This document shows, one piece after another, positions 11,700 to 24,078 of a DNA stretch of 64,000 nt. Source of the DNA: Histomonas meleagridis 2922-C6/04-290x (lineage: Eukaryota; Protista; Parabasalia); NCBI GenBank assembly GCA_020184695.1, contig JAANOX010000245.1:186001-250000 (forward strand), read 5' to 3'. The translations under genes and the position numbers were made by a program. Within the stretch, counting starts at the first letter, position 1. Every line of letters starts with the position of its first letter. The notes beneath the pieces were generated by a model that worked only from the letters and a program-made list of their open reading frames with translations, was not told where the DNA came from and did no database searches.

Positions 11700-12650
11700 A
11701 CTAATTGGAATATTGTTCCTAACTTCAGATGCAGCAAGATATAGATCTTTTGCATTGTTAATTTTTTTGGTTTAATAGCCTGGATTTAAGGATCGCCCAA
11801 CATATCAATCACATTGAGATCTGATTAAGAGGATGGCCATTTTAAGTCATCTGCAAGTAAGGTAGCCCTTCCATCCAAAAAGAGTTTTGTAGACTTTGCT
11901 TTGTCCTGCTGGAATATGTAAATTAAATTTCCATCAATTTCCACTGATTTATATTTAAAATCCTTGCAGATACAGGCCCAAACCATAATTTTAATGAAAT
12001 ACTTAATTTAAACTCTCTCTTTAATAATACTGCTCATCAAAATCGAGTAAAGGATGAACACGAACCTTCTTTCTAGAGGGTTCAAGAGAAATAATCGATT
12101 CATCAAGATCAACTCAAGTTAATATATGGTAAAAGGTTAGCGGGATCTTCTGAGCAAAACTGACTCGATATTGTTTTTGCTTATCTGATAGTTTTTCTTA
12201 TGGTTGCTGATATTTTGTCTCGAAACCAAGAGAATTGGCATTTCTATTAACAGTAGATTCAGACATTTTTATATCATATTGTTGACTGAGATATGATATT
12301 TCTATATTTGTAATATGAGAGCTTTTAATATTCATAGGAACGAAGTGAAATCTGAATTGAGATAATGTATCACTATTTGAATTAGGTTTATCCCAGTTTT
12401 TCATTATTTGTAGAATCCTTGATACTGTTGACTTTGAAACATTTGATATATTTGCATTTTCCGGTGTTGTTAAACCAGCACCAGCATTGCATGCTACTTG
12501 TAATTGTTTTTGCTGATCAATTTTATTATAATTTCGCATTAAAATAAAGGCGCCAAAATTTTGTTTCATCTCATCGAACTTTCTATTAAGAATTGAACGT
12601 AGTTCAGAGAATAAAATAATTTTCAATGTTTTGTTCGTTATTTCTTTCAT
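11700..12650 (-). mobile_element. Decayed Tc1/IS630-like DDE transposase
   Basis: HTH-like ORF 12198-12650, then LDES, IMVWACI, IFQQDKA and WPSS*SDLNVID (cf. WPxxSPDLNPIE); in-frame stops; no TIRs identified. Confidence 0.75.
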
Positions 12651-12963
12651 ATTTGCTGTCCCAGCGGTTTTGAGTCTAACTTTATATATTTTTATAGTAT
12701 ATTTTTTATAAAATCAGTTTGGATCATTATAAAAAAGTCATGTTTTGTTTATGAAAATTATTCTTACATGATTTTTCGCCTTAAATATAATTTTAAAAGC
12801 TCATTTCTATTATATAATTCCATTTATTATTGACTATAATTCATCCAAATAAAAATTGGAGATTTGAAATCAAATTTATGCAAAGATTTTGTGTTATTTT
12901 TTTATAATTTTGATTGCCACCAATAATCTAACTATTTCTGTGTGGCCATATTGTGATGTTTTA

Positions 12964-14670
12964 TTAATTGCTGTTTGAAATATTTTGATCAAAAAGTAAT
13001 TTAACTGTTTCTGTGTGATGATTCTCAGTTGCTATCATAAGTGCTGTCCGAAGTAATTTAAATAATTTCCAAATATTATTTTGAAATATCAAATTATAAA
13101 AATAAATATTAATTAAAACAAATAAATACCTTTAGCATTAATATCAATTCCTTCTTGTTCAAGAAGTAATATAACTATCTCTATATAACCATTTTCAGAT
13201 GCAAATATAAGTGTTGTCCGAAGTAATTTAAATAATTTCTAAATATTATTTTGAAATTCTAAATTATTAAAATAAATTATAAATAAAACAAATAAATATC
13301 TTTAGCATTAATATCAATTCCTTTTTGTTCAAGAAGTAATTTAACTATTTCTGTATGACCATTTAAAGATGCCCAAATAAGTGCTGTTCTAAATAATTTA
13401 AATAATTTCCAAGTATAAAATGTGTATTTCAAAACAATGGAATCAACTTCATTTTTAGTGTTGATATCATTTATTTTTTGTTCTAAAATATATTTAACAA
13501 GTTCAATGTTTCCCGACTTTACTGAGTAAACTAAAATATCTTTCGGAATTTGACATAATGCTCGAAAATGTTTGATAAGAATTATATTTCCTTCATTTGC
13601 TGCTTCATTTATCATATCATCATTTATTTTCATACCTTCTTGAAGCAAATAAGAAAAAATTTCATAATTACCAGATAAAATACATTTTTTACCTAATTGT
13701 TTTAATGTTTTAATTTCAGCGATTTTATTTTCATAAAGATAACTGAAAATTTCATATCGATGATATCCAAATGCAATTTCATATGCAATTTCAAAAGATG
13801 AATGATTTTGTTCACATAAATGATTAATTTCTTCATTTCCACCTGCAATTGCATATTTACCTGTGATTTCTACTTTTGCACTGTTCATAAGTAAATATTT
13901 AAAACATTTAACAGATCCAAAAAATGCTGCATAATCAATTAATGTAACATTTTCTTGATTAATAAATGAACATCTTTCATAAAGTGATGGCATAATATAT
14001 TGATTAAAATCAAAATTTGTTTGTGATGATATTTGAAATCATTTTGTGATGATATTTCTTGAAGTTTTTCGATTTCATCTTTTCGAATTATTTGCGCAAT
14101 TGCATTTGGATTGTTTCCTTCTCTAATTAATTTTTTGTGAATCTCAAAATTATTCTTCGATAGTCCTTCATAATTCTCGAAGATATCGATAATCTCTTTA
14201 GTTAAATAATATTTTTTTTCTATCATCTTCTTTCATATAATATACAAAATATGGAGTACAAATATTAGGAAAAATATTCGGATTACACAAATTATGCTCA
14301 ATCATATCGTTGATTATATGTTTTGCTTCTTTTGATACAAGGGATGAAATATACTCAATAAAAATTTTTATAATTTGTGAACTTTCATTCATTTCTGCTT
14401 CTTTTGATTGAATTCAAACTCCAAATATTATAAATAGATATAAAATTTATTACCTCGAAAAATAAATGTTGAATAAACAATATGGCAAATGAAAAAATTT
14501 ATCATACAAGGCTTAAATGTATCAAATAATTGTATTGTCTGATGAACAGATGAGTCGAGATTTTCTTCCTTTAAATGAAAAACAATTTGTTGGAGAGAAT
14601 TCAATGATTCTATGAATGGTGACTGATTGGTGATGACAGATTCACTGCTGCAAGCGACACATTCATTCAT
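12964..14670 (-). pseudogene. DUF3447 + ankyrin-repeat gene, 5' part broken into several frames; three hairpin cassettes at 13388-13450, 13218-13297 and 13048-13127
   Basis: IDYAAFFGSVKCFKYLL / YAIAGGNEEI (DUF3447-type); frameshifting internal duplication near 14030-14060; cassettes decode to N-EEGR-TAL, D-IRRR-TTL and G-NDGR-TAL; TAA 12964-12966. Confidence 0.75.
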
Positions 14671-15170
14671 TAATTTTGAGTATTCAAAAAGTCGTGAATT
14701 AACGTTTTACTTTCTTATTAAACGTTCGAAATTGTAATTTTCAATTTTTGCAAAAATAATTTCATAATCATCAAAAAAACGCCCAATGTAACACATATAA
14801 CGCGACGGCACACTCATAAGTTATCTTTTGATATACATTTTCATCAATTTTATACATTTCTAATCATAATTTAGGAATGTTAAACAATTTAATTTAACAA
14901 GCATGCAGAAAAGGGCACAAAAAGTTCATGTTGAAAATGCTTAAGATACAAGTTTAATGAAAGATATCCAATGTTCAATTTGAATTGCCGACCGTTTAAT
15001 TTCATCAAAAAAGGAAAGAACGATACACCGATGTTTCCAGAATTTTGGCCGGTTTTGAAAAAGTTATCGGGTTTCGTTATCGAACTGACACCATTCAAAA
15101 TTGAATGATATAACCGAAGTGAAGCGAAGTTCACTTTTTGACAATGTTCGTTTGATTCCATAAACGAAAG

Positions 15171-17606
15171 ATGTTTATCCAAGGGTTCGACCTTGAAAGC
15201 CAAACTTCAAATATCGAGACAACACATAATGGCGAGAAAAATTTCCAAGAAATGGTTGTCGGAGCAAATGGACATTACATGAATCAATATTATCAAATTA
15301 CATCGAAATCTAAAATTCAAGGAGTCAAAATCCCAAATCCAAGGCGTTTTGCATCGTATGAAAAATACAAAATTGGATTCAATAATTATGTAAATTCTTC
15401 TGACAAATTATACAAATTTTCAATTCTTCCAATTCCTGTATCTGAATTCATGCACAAGCCTCCAATGCCACCACTATCAATCAAAATCCCAGATTACAAA
15501 GCACGTGTCGATGTACCGCCAGATAATCTTTTGTATTTATCTGACATTTGTATTTCAGGCGCATGTTTTGTACCAAATGCTTCTCTCCCAGCGAAACTTG
15601 GAAATCGTTTCGAAGTACCCATCAGTACTATGATTGTTTCGACTCCACAATGGAATTCGCAAGTGATCACACATCCACCGATTCCTGAATGTTATGACAC
15701 GTTCGAAGACTTTCAAAAAGCGTATCTATCATGGTATGAACTTTCTAAATCAGCGGCATTACTTCCATCGCATCCAGACTCGATGAAGGAATTCATTCAA
15801 CTCCAACCGCAGAAGGAATTTCCCAAACCGCCCGAACCAGACACAGCTTCTGAAACTATATCAGTTCGGTCGTCACGCAAAAAGCGCCGCATACCAAGAG
15901 GACATCATCGTATGACGATGCCTGTTCGTGCTACGTTGAATCCTAAGTACATATTCCAGATCGATTCCAAGAGCAAACTTCTTCTCCAAAATGTATTCAA
16001 TTTAAGTCTATTACAATATCCACGCATCAAAACGCATCTCCGGTTCAACAAGAAGGTGACGTTTGATTTCCTTACTCAAACTCCGACAGATGAGATACAA
16101 AATATATGTGATTATGGATGTGAAACTCCAGTCAATAACTTCGATGTTATCATGAGCGTCAAACAAACGTTTCGTATTCAAGATCCAACAGAAGTTCATA
16201 TTGATCCATGTAGTTCAGATTTCCTTCAATACTTAGAGAAAGTTATCATTTCTAAGTCGCCGGCACTTAACTATCAATGTCTTCTTATTATCGAATCGAT
16301 TTTTAAGAATAACTCTGATACGTTTATATCGTATTTATATGAAGATCTTCAAATGTTCTATTATATTACATCTGTTGTTGCAGTATATTCATTAACACCA
16401 TTTGCAGTTGCTAAGCCATCAGATTTTAGTAATTCGAAACATTCACAGATATTAAATGAATTCCAAAAAGTTCTTCTTCATCATCATTACATGACAATTA
16501 TTGCTAAGACATTTATAACATGTGTTCAAATATCATCGAAAATCGGAGTTTGCCTTGCATCTACGCAAGGAGATTTATGGGATTATTTAAAGAACTTCGA
16601 TAAGAACATACCATTAATGTTCTTAGAATCGAATACAAATGACTTTTCTGCATCATTATTTAGGTTATTATTAATTGTCCCATGTCCTTATACGAAACAA
16701 ATTCTTTCGCAATATAATCAAGATATGTTTCGTTATCTTAATACACTTTCTTCTAAGTCACCAACACATTTTAATGCGTTAGTGTATATAATATATAATT
16801 CAAAATCAATGAACTTTTGGTTTCTTGAACAATTTACTTTCTTTGCTCAAGAACCAAAGTTTAAGGATTTCAATTCACATTTCATTGCATTTGTGAAAAC
16901 TCTTTTGAAGTATTTTAAGGCTGAACGACTTGAGTTTTGTGGTTGGTTATCACCATTTTATACATTTTTACTTGAGAATAATTATATTTCATTGTTACCA
17001 CATATCGCACGATTCGTTAAAATGTATCATATAAATTTGCCTGAAGTAGAAAAACATATAAATCAAATGTTAATAAGTTCCGCTAATGAAATTTCATCAA
17101 ATAGAATTAGTTCACATATATTAGTTTCATTTGCGGCTTTACTTGAATATAAAACTTCATTAAAAGTTCTTCCAAATTTGGCAACTTTGATTTCTCCATT
17201 ATCAAAGTATTTAATTGTAAATAATGAAGAACTTGCTAAAGCTTCTTGGAAAGTTTATAGAAGTTTCGCGACTGCATATCCAAAGAAGTTTTACGAATTC
17301 GCTAAGGCAGAACGTGCTAATGGTAAAATGATGGAAGTGTTTAAGAAATTTGACCCAAATACATTTTATGAGTTCTCCAAATTAGTTGATAAGATTTCAA
17401 GAAAAGGTGGAGAAGAAGCTTTGGGTCAAGCAAAACAGAGAAGAAAATCATTCGGATTTATAAATGTTGTGCCAAATAGAATATTAAAAGAACTGGCAAA
17501 AGGTTTAAAGAAGGCAAACGTGCAATACACTCAACTAATAAGCTGCATGAATAGAAAGAACCAGCCAAAGGCTCAACAAGCTATAGATATGCTGTTTGTT
17601 AAGTAA
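15171..17606 (+). CDS. Hypothetical protein (811 aa; Pro-rich N-terminal half, helical C-terminal half)
   Basis: Long ORF with coding-like composition; no motif recognised. Confidence 0.75.
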   Translation: MFIQGFDLESQTSNIETTHNGEKNFQEMVVGANGHYMNQYYQITSKSKIQGVKIPNPRRFASYEKYKIGFNNYVNSSDKLYKFSILPIPVSEFMHKPPMPPLSIKIPDYKARVDVPPDNLLYLSDICISGACFVPNASLPAKLGNRFEVPISTMIVSTPQWNSQVITHPPIPECYDTFEDFQKAYLSWYELSKSAALLPSHPDSMKEFIQLQPQKEFPKPPEPDTASETISVRSSRKKRRIPRGHHRMTMPVRATLNPKYIFQIDSKSKLLLQNVFNLSLLQYPRIKTHLRFNKKVTFDFLTQTPTDEIQNICDYGCETPVNNFDVIMSVKQTFRIQDPTEVHIDPCSSDFLQYLEKVIISKSPALNYQCLLIIESIFKNNSDTFISYLYEDLQMFYYITSVVAVYSLTPFAVAKPSDFSNSKHSQILNEFQKVLLHHHYMTIIAKTFITCVQISSKIGVCLASTQGDLWDYLKNFDKNIPLMFLESNTNDFSASLFRLLLIVPCPYTKQILSQYNQDMFRYLNTLSSKSPTHFNALVYIIYNSKSMNFWFLEQFTFFAQEPKFKDFNSHFIAFVKTLLKYFKAERLEFCGWLSPFYTFLLENNYISLLPHIARFVKMYHINLPEVEKHINQMLISSANEISSNRISSHILVSFAALLEYKTSLKVLPNLATLISPLSKYLIVNNEELAKASWKVYRSFATAYPKKFYEFAKAERANGKMMEVFKKFDPNTFYEFSKLVDKISRKGGEEALGQAKQRRKSFGFINVVPNRILKELAKGLKKANVQYTQLISCMNRKNQPKAQQAIDMLFVK

Positions 17607-18200
17607 TCAAGCCATCAAATTTGATGCGGGGGTTATAAAGGGGTAAAATACCCCATTAAGAGCGGTTTTATCGGCTTTGTTAATTTATTAACTAAATATT
17701 AGATTTCACGATTAATCATTTTTAACCTAAGAAATGAAAAGAGTAACTTCAAACAAACAATTTTTAATTTCAGGAAAATTCTAAATAATCAGCAAAATTA
17801 ATAATTTTTGAGTTATTTATCCATTTAATTTCACATATGTTTATGTTATCAGATGAATAGTGTATAGATTTTTTGTTTTTCAAACGTAATCATAAAAAGC
17901 ATTATTTTCCATTCAGAAAAAAAAATAATTTTTCATATGTGTAAAAGCAGGGAAAGTAAAGGGCATGAATTCAGTAGAAAAATGAGAAATATGTTCATAA
18001 AATTTTATCATGGTTTGACTTAGGAGAAGCCGGAAGAAATTATCATACGTTAAGTCACTTCACTTGCGTTTAGCCTTCAGCAGAAAAATGCATTCAAAAA
18101 ATATCGTTTTCCTCCTCAAAAAGCTCGGTTGTTGTATCAAAAGTTCTATCGTCTGCCTCCAGAAATACAAAAACGTTAATAGCAAAAAGCAGACAATAAA

Positions 18201-19295
18201 ATGGATCTTCGCGTTGGCACCAAGTATCGACTTAAAAAGCGCATTGGTGCTGGGAGCTTTGGCGAGATTTATGCAGGTGAAAATGTTCTAACGCATGAAG
18301 ATGTTGCAATAAAAATTGAATCAGTTCATACTCGCCCACCTCAGCTTTTTGTAGAATCTAAAATATATAAAACACTTTCTGGTAGTGTTGGCATTCCATC
18401 CATATCGTGGTTTGGTGTTGAAGGTGATTATAATGTTCTTGTAATGGAATTACTCGGCAAATCTCTTGAAGAATTATTTGTTTTATGTCAACGTCATTTT
18501 TCTCTTAAAACAGTTCTTATGCTTGCAGATCAAATGATTTCAAGAATTGAATACATCCATAACAAAGGTTATATACATCGAGATATTAAACCCGACAACT
18601 TTACCATTGGCCTTCACTCCAAAAGTAACGAAGTTCATATCATTGATTTTGGTCTTTCCAAGAGATATCTTGATCCCAAAACTCATCAACATATCCAATT
18701 TCGAGAAGGTAAGACACTTACAGGTACTGTACGGTATTCTTCCATCAACACACACCTTGGAATTGAGCAAAGTCGTCGTGACGACATTGAATCGATTGGA
18801 TATGTATTAATATATTTTCTTAAAGGGTCACTTCCATGGATGGGAATCAAAGCGGACAATCGCAAACAGAAGCACGAACTCATTTCTGAGAAGAAAATCG
18901 GTACATCTATTGAAATGTTATGCCGCGGATTACCAAATGAGTTTTCGATTTTCATAAACGAAGTCCGAAAACTCGATTTCACGGATAGGCCGAACTATTC
19001 TATGTACCGCCAAATGTTCCGCGACTTGTTCATTCGCGAAGGATTTGTTTTTGATTATCAATATGATTGGTGCGTTACTCCGCAACAAAATATTCAGCAA
19101 AAACAAATCGAAGAAAAAGTTATAACTGAGCAAAAACCTGTGAAAAGGGATAACAATAATGTGAGCAATAATGTGCAGCAAGCGCAAATTAGAAATAGAA
19201 TACCGGTGAGAGCTGTGGTGCAAAGAAATAGAACAGTGATTCCAAGCTGGATGAATCAGCCACAAATTAGAAAAGTGGTAACGAACAGAAGATAA
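18201..19295 (+). CDS. CK1: Casein kinase 1 (delta/epsilon-like)
   Basis: [65 protein letters not shown]. Confidence 0.95.
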   Translation: MDLRVGTKYRLKKRIGAGSFGEIYAGENVLTHEDVAIKIESVHTRPPQLFVESKIYKTLSGSVGIPSISWFGVEGDYNVLVMELLGKSLEELFVLCQRHFSLKTVLMLADQMISRIEYIHNKGYIHRDIKPDNFTIGLHSKSNEVHIIDFGLSKRYLDPKTHQHIQFREGKTLTGTVRYSSINTHLGIEQSRRDDIESIGYVLIYFLKGSLPWMGIKADNRKQKHELISEKKIGTSIEMLCRGLPNEFSIFINEVRKLDFTDRPNYSMYRQMFRDLFIREGFVFDYQYDWCVTPQQNIQQKQIEEKVITEQKPVKRDNNNVSNNVQQAQIRNRIPVRAVVQRNRTVIPSWMNQPQIRKVVTNRR

Positions 19296-19678
19296 TAAAT
19301 GTATTGTTATGTGTTTGAATTTTTGTTTGTTATGTTTCACACATTGTATTTCGAGCATTTTTTTATGTATACATAAAAGAAATAATTTTTTTTTCTGATG
19401 GCGCTCATTTCAAATTAGAAAAATGAATTCAAATTTGAGTAATACGAAAGTCATGCTTGGTAATATTTAAAGATATTTGATTGTTTCTAAAAAAAATTTA
19501 GAGAAACACATGAGTACGTCAATATAATTTATATACAAATGTTAGTTTCAAAATGACGATAGTTTTTTTTCTGTGTAAAACAGTTTTGAATGATCATTCA
19601 ATTTGTCTATCGTCTGTCCAATAAGTTGATTTGAAAAAAATGGTTCAATTATTTAAACAAAATATTTACAAACACAAA

Positions 19679-20731
19679 TTATGGTGACGGTATGATTCGA
19701 TTCCTTCGCACAACAACTTTCTTAGGCGTGAAAGTTGGCACTTTTCCGCTTACTTGAACTGGTGCTGGGGCAAATGTTTGCATTGCAAACACGTTGTCAT
19801 TCGACTTCTGAGGGGTTCCTATGATTGATGAACCTTGCGCAAGGATGCCACTGAATCCACTTCCAAACGCATTTGCTTTTGGAGGCGGCTTTCGAAATTT
19901 TTCTTTGTCTCGGTCACGTTTTTCGAAATCGCTCTTTCGTTGGATCTGAAAGTTTTTATAGTTTCTATATATCTGTTGAATTAAGCTGGGTTTACTGGGT
20001 TCCATTGGGTCGCTCGTATCAATGTAATGAATTCGTGAGAAAATGTTGGATTTGATTTCAAGAGTGATTGATTGTAATTGAGCTAATTTCCCACTACAGC
20101 GAATAATTGCTTTGTGTTGTGCTTCAATAACAAGAGTTAATGAATTGGGATTACTGTTGGATTTAGATGCATTGTTTTCTGTAATTGTTGTTATGGATTG
20201 TTTTATTGCTGATGATTGTTTACAAAGTTTTTCGCATTGCTTTTGCAAACATAAATTTGGAGAAGCAGTATTACGTTGCAAGTCATCTAAACTATTTTTC
20301 GAACTTTCAATAAATCCATTTCCATAGTCTATATCTGATGTTAATCGTACGAGGGAATGTAATATCATAAATTCCAGCTCACGAGTCATTTCTGTTAGTT
20401 TATGCGAAAATTCTTCAGTTCCATTGATTTCTGGGGGATTTAAATATTGCTGTGATAATTCAATTGTTTTATAAAAATAAATTTGCGCTTCTGGTGGAAC
20501 ATCTTTTAGCTTAGTGTTTTCATCAAATCCGCGTTCTGTTATTGGGTCTTTCTTTCCAAAACTGGAGGAAAACCCATTTGAACCCAGCATTAATTTAAAC
20601 GGCCTCCTTTCACCAATGGCGCTAAAATCTGATTGCTTTAATCTTGGAAAGAAGAATTTAAGATTGCATGCTAATTTGTTATAACTTTTTTCAGTGTAAT
20701 TAAAAAAACCATGAAAATCCTTTTTAATCAT
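19679..20731 (-). CDS. Hypothetical protein
   Basis: 350-aa ORF with coiled-coil-like middle and low-complexity tail. Confidence 0.65.
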   Translation of the reverse strand: MIKKDFHGFFNYTEKSYNKLACNLKFFFPRLKQSDFSAIGERRPFKLMLGSNGFSSSFGKKDPITERGFDENTKLKDVPPEAQIYFYKTIELSQQYLNPPEINGTEEFSHKLTEMTRELEFMILHSLVRLTSDIDYGNGFIESSKNSLDDLQRNTASPNLCLQKQCEKLCKQSSAIKQSITTITENNASKSNSNPNSLTLVIEAQHKAIIRCSGKLAQLQSITLEIKSNIFSRIHYIDTSDPMEPSKPSLIQQIYRNYKNFQIQRKSDFEKRDRDKEKFRKPPPKANAFGSGFSGILAQGSSIIGTPQKSNDNVFAMQTFAPAPVQVSGKVPTFTPKKVVVRRNRIIPSP

Positions 20732-21030
20732 TAAGCCAATTTAATTTATCTTAACATTTATCACAATATACTTCATATTGGAAAGGAGAGTAATTGAAAC
20801 TATTCATAAAGATAAGGTTTATCATTCTGTTCTGGGGTGGAAATTCGAGAGAAAAATTAATTCTTATTCAAAAGGAAAAGCAGCACCCAAGCACACATAC
20901 TAGAAAAAATCACTCAGTTCAAAAAACGTAAAGTAAAATAAATCAAAATTATATATAAATTTTTACTAAAAAATATCAAAAATCCGTTGATGTATTTATT
21001 TTATGAGATATAATTTGTAATTTTTATTTA

Positions 21031-22949
21031 TTAAATATTTACAATAAATTGTTCTTCTTTAAAATCTTTTGCAAATGGGTCTTCTTCAATATGTAGAATT
21101 GGTTTGCTTACTGCTAATGTTGCGTTAATTTTATTTTCGTTTGTATCTTCACTGTTAACTTCATCATTTGAAATAATCTTCTTTTTATGGTGAATATGAA
21201 TAATTAAAACAATTAACAATACAATAATAATAACAACAATAACAAACAAAACGCAAACAATGATAATTATTGTTATTATTTTATTATCATTCGAACCATT
21301 TTCATTTACTTGAAAAATCATAAAGAAATCAGAATAATAACTAATATATGTTGAATAATATATTATTACATATTCATAGTCAATAAAATCTGTGGTTATA
21401 TATGTAATTATTGATGAAATAAATGAAATGGAATATGTTTTAGATATTAATGAAATATTAACAATTGTTTTTGTATACGACAATAAATAATCTAAAACAA
21501 ATGAATGAGAAATAGTTACATCTTTTCCAAATGACTTTATAAATGTATTTGATTTTGTATATGTGTTGGGGTTAGTATATGTATTAGAATTAGTATATGT
21601 ATTAGAGTTAGTATATGTATTAGAGTTAGTATATGTGTTCGATTGGGAAAACGTTAATGATGAAATTGGTAAACAGTCGTTAAATGTTTCCTTTGTGATA
21701 TCAAAATCACCAAATGTTTGATTTTTATATGATTCTGTTACCATAACTTCTATATCATATGATTGAGTAAAAGCGCCTTGCATAAATACTGGCTCTATTT
21801 CTCCTAAAAAGTATATACATTTAAGAGAAGAACACCCATCAAATGCATAAGCTTCAATAATTTGAACATTTTTTCCGATGAATAGTGTGGACAATTTTGT
21901 ACACCCGCGGAACATATTAGTACCAATTGATGTAACTTCATTCGATATCGAAAATGAAATCAAATTTCCACAATCACTAAATGCATATTTTCCAATACTT
22001 AAAACATTTTCACAATTTTTAATATATTCCAAGTTTTTTGCTTCATGAAAAGCAAATTCTCCAATAATAGTAACAAATGATGGAATTTCATGAAATATAT
22101 TTCGCCTTCTTTATTGGGTGGATAATGAAGAATTGTTGTGAAATTTTTATTATACATAATGCCATCATTATTTAGATTACTGAAATTTAAGTTATTTTTT
22201 GATACATTATAAAAACTAATATTATAACATAAGAAAAAAGCATCTACTCCAATACTTGTAACTGATGCTGGAATTGTGAAATTTTTCAGTTTTTCACATG
22301 CATAAAATGCACTACTTCCAATTGTTTGTACATTTGCACCAATATTGACTAATTCTAAATTAGAGCAATAATAAAATGCAGAATCTCCAATTTTAGTAAC
22401 TTAATTACCTATATCAATTGAAACTAATGAAAATCTTGAAAAATCATAATTTTGGATTTCAGTAATACCATTTTCAATTATAATATGTATTTTCATTTCT
22501 TTATATAAATCTCTTGTTTCATATTCATCAGAATTTGTGATTATAAGTGTCGATGTTGATTGATTAAAATATTCAAACGTGGAATTAAAAAACAAAATAA
22601 ACTGATAAGAATGAGAAAAACTCTTATTTATTAAAGAGTTTTCTTTTGTTTTTATTCCTTTTGGCGTTAAAAATTTGAAAACAAAAAAGAATGAAATTAA
22701 AAAAATAATTTCTAAAAGATAACTCGAAAAAATATATAAGATAGAATTTTGAGAAACACCATATTTTTGTAGTATTGGTCTAACATTATTATGTAATAAA
22801 ATATCTAAATCAGAAACATTATTTGAAATTGATTTAATTTTGATATTATTTTTATTACATACAAAAAAATTTAATCGCAATGTATGATTTATAATCAGAA
22901 CTTCATGAGAAACCATTCCAATTTGAAGATATATGAAAAACATCACCAA
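21031..22949 (-). pseudogene. BspA-like (TpLRR) surface protein with SNTYTN stalk and C-terminal TM; one in-frame stop and one frameshift
   Basis: VTKIGDSAFYYC, VQTIGSSAFYAC, SIGKYAFSDC repeats; TAA at 22401-22403 in frame; frameshift near 22090; TM IIIIVCVLFVIVVIIIVLLIVLII. Confidence 0.75.
21545..21640 (-). repeat. 18-nt coding tandem repeat (SNTYTN)n
   Basis: SNTYTNSNTYTNSNTYTNSNTYTNPNTYTKSNTF in the ORF. Confidence 0.85.
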
Positions 22950-23056
22950 AATTATTTTCCGCCCTTTGAAAAGAACGTTAAAAATTAGACAACTGTGAAA
23001 AACGGTTCGTAGCTCTTTTAAATTTTGGGTTTTTTTTAGTTCCAGAGTAACAGAAG

Positions 23057-23707
23057 ATGGAACTAGAAAAAATTCTCAAAAACAAACATAAAGCATTGAT
23101 TCAAGACACTTTAAGAGCAGCCCTATCAAAAACTAATGATGGAAATTTAATTATTCATCCATTTGTTCTCTTAGTTCAAACGTTACAAAGAGAAATCGAA
23201 TTTATTGAACCCTTTCTTGTACCTGAAATGAAAAAAATTACGGCACCTGTTGAAAGCACTTATGCATCTGCAAAAAGTGTTTTATCAGAGGCTCAAACCA
23301 AGATATATGGTGACTCAGAAGTTGATCCAAGTTCAAGTCAAATGGGATCTCTTATTGAATATCACATAAATTTATTGAAATTATTTCGTGCTCTTTTTAC
23401 TCGCCAAATCGAAAAAGATAAACAAATTCCAGCAGCAACGCAAGTTCTTCAAAGGCAGGTATCACGCTCTTATGAAGCAATTAAGCAAATTGCAGATGTA
23501 CTTTCAGCAGATGTGCCAACTGAAACTAACTCTAGAGCAAGAACACAAAACTCCAAAGTAAGAAATCCATCACGGAAGGCTAAAAGCGAAATGCGTGAGT
23601 CAGATTCGCCCATTGAAATTCAAACAAGAATATCTCCATTCATTACAGAATCACAACAAAAATCGTTTGTTGACATTAACGGAGTTACGTTCCCTCGCTA
23701 TGTTTAA
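23057..23707 (+). CDS. Hypothetical protein
   Basis: 216-aa ORF; AACGGTT (M3-like motif) at 23001-23007. Confidence 0.7.
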   Translation: MELEKILKNKHKALIQDTLRAALSKTNDGNLIIHPFVLLVQTLQREIEFIEPFLVPEMKKITAPVESTYASAKSVLSEAQTKIYGDSEVDPSSSQMGSLIEYHINLLKLFRALFTRQIEKDKQIPAATQVLQRQVSRSYEAIKQIADVLSADVPTETNSRARTQNSKVRNPSRKAKSEMRESDSPIEIQTRISPFITESQQKSFVDINGVTFPRYV

Positions 23708-24078
23708 TATTTTCATTTTTTTTTATAATAAAAAGAAGTTATCATAAATCGATTTTATAACCATTTGCAGCTTAGCTTTTTCACTCAAAGCACAAAGATT
23801 TTTACCTGCAAATGCCATTAATTTTTTTATGAAATACAGTTTTTATTACTAATTTAATCTTATTTTATTGCACCTAAAAAAATTAAATCTAAGTTTGATA
23901 CAGTTGATTTAAATAAGAAAGATGAAATGGAATAAAGTTTCATTAGCCAATGATATAATCACAACGACAAAACTTTAATTTTCGGTTTAAAAACTTCAGT
24001 CACTTTTTGATTTGGGGCGCCCCAAATTACATCAAAATCACATCAAATAAACACAAAAATTTGTTCAAATGCTCTTGT

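Noticed and set aside
21031-22949. 17-nt elements in the broken BspA gene
   Set aside because: The lesions are one in-frame TAA and a small frameshift; no (17+3) register was found. In this window I found the system only in ankyrin hairpins.
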